From NCBI RefSeq assembly GCF_009914755.1, contig NC_060933.1: a stretch of 64,000 nucleotides of DNA; one strand, written 5' to 3'. Position numbers and translations under genes: made by a program. Positions 58,555-64,000 of the stretch are shown here, one piece after another (position 1 is the stretch's first letter; each line of letters opens with the position of its first letter). The notes beneath the pieces were generated by a model that saw only the letters and a list, made by a program, of their open reading frames with translations, did not search any database and was not told the DNA's origin. Source of the DNA: the human T2T-CHM13v2.0 reference genome, Homo sapiens.

Positions 58555-60254
58555 TCAATAGGGATTCCCCTCTCCCTGAATTTTCTGGTATAAGCTTAGG
58601 GTAGACTTCTTACATAATTTCCCATATTCATTGCATTCATAAGATTTCTCCCCACTGTGAGTCCTTTGATGTATTCTGAGGTTTGATTTCTGGCCAAAAG
58701 TTTTCCCACATTTATTACACTGAAAGGGTTTCTCCCCTGTGTGAATTCTCTGATGATCACTAAGGATTGCTTTCCGGACAAATTTCTTCCCACATTCATT
58801 ACATTTAAATGGTTTCTCCCCAGTGTGAATTCTTTGATGCACTCTGAGGGTTGATGTCCGGGCAAAAGTTTTCCCACATTCGTTACATTTGAATGGTTTC
58901 TCTCCCGTGTGAGTTTTCTGATGTTGAATGAGATGATCTTTTCGCCAGAAGGATTTTTCACATTCATTACACTGGTAAGTTTTCTCCCCAGTGTGAGTTC
59001 TCTGATGTATTCTGAGGTTTGACTTCTGGCCAAATGTTTTTCCACATTGATTGCATTGAAAGGATTTCTCCCCTGTGTGAATTCTGTGATGATCTCTGAG
59101 GGTGGACTTCTGAACAAAAGTTTTCCCACATTCACTACATTCATAGGGTTTTTCTCCTGTGTGAATTCTTTGATGTCCCCTGAGGGTTGACTTCTGGACA
59201 AATGTTTTTCCACATTCATTACATTTATAGGGTTTTTCTGCTGTATGAATTCTCTGATGAGTACTGAGGTGTGACTTCTGGGAGAAAGTTTTTCCACATT
59301 CACTACATTCAAATGGTTTCTCTCCTGTGTGAGTTCTCTGATGTTGAATGAGATGTCCTTTCTGACAGAAGGATTTCCCACATTCATTACATTTATAGGG
59401 TTTCATCATTGAGTGACTTCTTCGGCGAACTCTGTGAACCGACGTCTGGTAGGATTTCTTATTTTCATGATATTCAGAGGATTTAACCCAAGTCTGTGTT
59501 CTGTCATTACTTACCAATGGGTTCTCTTCTATGACAGCTGTTTGAGGATCAGTGAGGTGTGCCTTTCTGTTGAAATTATTTCCACTTGGATTTAATTCAT
59601 AATGTTTTATACCCATATTAAGTTTATTATATTCCTCCACAGTTGACTTCTCAAAGGATTTCCCACATTGATTAAGATGCAGGTGTTTCTTCCCTGTGCC
59701 AGTTCTCCTGTGGTCAAAGAGAGTTTTCTTATCACAATTTTTCCTAAATTCATCATCTTTAGAGGATGTTTCTCCTGTGTGAGAACTGTTATGTTTAACA
59801 CAGTTAGCCTTATCATTAAAGGCTTTTCCAATTTTATTACATTCAAAAGCTTGCTCCAAAGTTTGAAACTTTGGATGCTTGGGAAGATTTTCATTATAAT
59901 TGAGAGCTTTCATGTTTTTATTATGTTCATAAAATTTCTCTCCAGTCTGAGTTTTCTCAAAGTTAATTTTGAAAGGTGAATTCTCACATACATTACCGCA
60001 ACCTATTTTCTTTGTTGAATAGTTTCTATTATTAATGATAAATTCAGAAATACTTTGCAAATTCACTTCCCATGAGTTGCATTTGCAGGACATTTTTGTT
60101 GAAGCAACAGCAGCTACATGCAGAGTAAATGGTTTCCCCAAAACTTTCTCTTCCTCTGTAGTCAATGTTTTATTATTGATACATATTGCTTGCTCCAAGT
60201 GTTTGTCTTTGATTTTCTTGTTCTGCTTGATCAGGTCATCACCTCTGTAATCTT
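58555..60254 (-). CDS. ZNF510: ZNF510 last coding exon: spacer, degenerate fingers and 9 intact C2H2 fingers
   Basis: Open 1.7-kb frame from acceptor ttttAG|AAGATTAC (K-D-Y-R-G-D-D) with TGEKP linkers, ending ...GEGNPY*. The three exons total 640 aa, consistent with my recall of the 683-aa ZNF510 with the N-terminus outside the window. Confidence 0.93.
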
Positions 60255-61338
60255 CTAAAACAGAAATATTGAAAACATCTTATGACTCTTACATCTTCTG
60301 TGGGTAGAGCTTTATCAACATACAGCCTATGTTGCACCTAATTATTTGATTTATCAAGATTAAATAATTCAGATGTATGTGTGTGTAAATATATATATCT
60401 CAGACCACCCTCCTTTAAAAAATAATATTGATATAGTGCAAATGGGAGAGGAAGCTGGTAATGAATACATATTTTGCATGTGATTAGTAAGATTTTCCTA
60501 ACTGGATAGATAGAGGAAAGAAAATAAAATAAAACTAAGCGTTTTATAGGGGTAGTTATTTTAGGGAGCAGGAAAAACAGAGAATGGGATAAATACAACA
60601 AAAACTCTAAATGTAAGTAGTATAACAAGGAAAATCAGGAGATAACAGGAATTTTGGAATAGACTCAACAGGGAGGGGGTTTAGAAGCTGAAAGTAAATT
60701 ACAGTCTAGGTCTTGACATTATCTAGATTATAATGGTTAGAATAGTCTATTGTCTACATTCTTACAATTTGATATCCCTCATCAATTCAACATCAAATTA
60801 AATTTATAACAGCACCAACTCCTTTATGATTAAATGAAAAAGTTTATAGCTCTAACCTGTCTTATGGTTGTGATTCATAGAAATACAAGCAAGTATAAAA
60901 TTGTTGAAAATAAAATCCATTCATGCAACTAACTTAGATGCACTGCTCCATTCTGGCTGTCATAGCATTGATTTATTCCATCAGAACTAAGTGCTAAGTG
61001 AACCTGATCATCCCATCCTGAGTTTCCACATTTCAATCTGACATGAGGGGTACAATTTTAAATAGGGTATCACAGAAAGTTCTACTGTGAAAATGACATT
61101 TAAGAGAGGTCTGGATTCTTTATGCATTCTAAATGCCTATCCTTGACAGGTCATATTGCAAATATCATCTGCCACTTCTCGCTTACCTCTTAACATTTTA
61201 TTAAGCATGAAACAATATATATCTGCATAAAACTTTCATGTGCAACTTAATACTATTAAGTGAACACTCATGGAATCAGAAACCATGTCATGAAACACAA
61301 ATGGCTCTGCAAAAATCCCTGTTTACCTATGCTTGGTT

Positions 61339-61390
61339 ACAACTTCTCTATGCTTAGAATTCACACAACTTCTCTATGCTTAGAATTCAC
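61339..61390. repeat. Perfect 26-bp tandem duplication (intronic)
   Basis: ACAACTTCTCTATGCTTAGAATTCAC x2. Confidence 0.95.
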
Positions 61391-61784
61391 CAGTCTCCTA
61401 ATATTTATGTAATAATTTCCTTGATTTTCTTCATAGTTTTATCAACAATATATGAATTCCTAAAATGTCATTGAATTTTGCCTGCTTCTGACCTTTACAT
61501 AAATATAGCCATATATGCATATTTTTTCTTTTGGTTAATATTATGTTTGTAATCAGTGTACAAGATTTTATGTGGCTGTATAATTTTTCCTTAAAGAATA
61601 CAACTGTTTCTCCATTCTACTGTTGATGAGCACTATTTTTGCCAAACATAAACAATACTTCCATTAATATTCTTTTATGTATTCCAGAGAACATAATCAT
61701 ATCTTTTTGTCAGTCATACAGTTAGAAAAGGAATTACTTGGCTACAACATATGCAAAAGTTTACCTTGATTAGAAAACATCCTG

Positions 61785-62449
<665 letters not shown>

Positions 62450-62894
62450 TCACCTCATATCTCACTTCATATATTATTTTGTGCTCCATGAAAACTAATG
62501 AGATTGAACACATTTTCAAAGATTTACTGGGCATACATATTAAAAAGTTCTTGTTCAATGTTTTTGCCCATTTTTCATCTGGGTTGCCTATCTTTTCCCA
62601 CAATGACTCGCAGAAGTTCTTTACATTTTCAGGAAGCATATCCTTTCTAAGTTATTTGCACTACATACATATTATGCTGGTTGGTGGCTTGTCTTTTCAC
62701 CTTTTGAATAATATATTAACAAATTTCTTACTTTTAATGGAATCAACTTTATTAATTATTTTCTTTTAACTGCTGCTTTTTGTGCCTTTAGGCTTTCTAA
62801 GAAAAGTCTTGCAATATTTAGGTGTTCACCCCTAAAGTGACCTGGAGTCTAACCACTCCTGCAGAATTATGTCTACTACTGCTCAGTAACTCAC

Positions 62895-62990
62895 TTGGGT
62901 GACTCTGGTTTGAGAATTCCTCCTCTGAGAACCAAGGCTCCTCTCCTTGCTCCAACTTGAAGATCACCTCTGGTTTGAAACAGCAGTACC
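62895..62990 (-). CDS. ZNF510: ZNF510 KRAB-B exon (96 nt)
   Basis: ttaacAG|GGTACTGC...CACCCAA|GTGAGT; encodes [32 protein letters not shown]. Confidence 0.93.
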
Positions 62991-63244
62991 CTGTTAATAA
63001 AACACAATCGAGGACTTAGACCAGATATATGAGATTTTAGTCTCCAAAAGTGGAAGAAAATACAGCTTTGGAAGCAGTATCCTGAAAGTGCTCCTTTGCA
63101 TTTATCACTGGGAGTTGACAACACATTCTTTCTAGTCCTCGACAGGGCATAGTTACTTTGGAATCCTGAATGAAAAGCCTAAATAATTTAAACTTTAAGT
63201 AAATTGTTCACATGTATTGGCACTTAAAAAAGAAATACCTTCTA

Positions 63245-63484
<240 letters not shown>

Positions 63485-63532
63485 TTATCAGGTTTAACTC
63501 TAAAAAGCTTAAACGAATGTAAAGGATGCCTA

Positions 63533-63912
<380 letters not shown>

Positions 63913-64000
63913 TTATATACATATACTATAAATAGATACATTACTAAAACTTTTTTTTTATTCTTATTTTTGTAGCCAAAAAATGTAAATAAACTTCCTA

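Noticed and set aside
58596-59387. 263-aa alternative-frame ORF (MNVGNP...RNPMNV repeats)
   Set aside because: The usual shifted-frame shadow of C2H2 arrays; no evidence of use.

Overview
Primate DNA, very probably human; from recall of the protein this is the chr9q22.33 ZNF510 region. The right end carries the last three coding exons (KRAB-A, KRAB-B, C2H2 exon with 9 intact fingers) and the long 3' UTR of ZNF510 on the minus strand. Facing it on the plus strand is a decayed KRAB-zinc-finger paralog: CpG island ~19.3-20.05 kb, frameshifted KRAB-A exon 28881-29005, and degenerate finger exon ~37.5-39.5 kb. Between the island and the KRAB-A exon lies an ERV remnant containing a processed MKRN1 pseudogene. 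The rest is mostly transposon-derived: LTR12, two SVAs, dozens of Alus, old L1s, MaLR/ERV1 LTRs, and hAT and Tigger DNA transposons. I cannot support a wholly new biological system. The most notable sequence-level discoveries are: (1) a young SVA carrying a ~850 bp 3' transduction, with one TSD pair around the whole unit; (2) a tailless 36-nt U2 snRNA retrocopy with TSDs inserted directly in front of the pseudogene's KRAB-A splice acceptor; (3) an MKRN1 retrocopy that appears to preserve a 78-nt alternative-acceptor (PTC-containing) splice form; (4) a tailless, internally primed AluY; (5) mutually exclusive hairpins with UGUA motifs next to a ZNF510 polyA signal. Repeat subfamily names are from memory of consensus sequences, and repeat boundaries are approximate.
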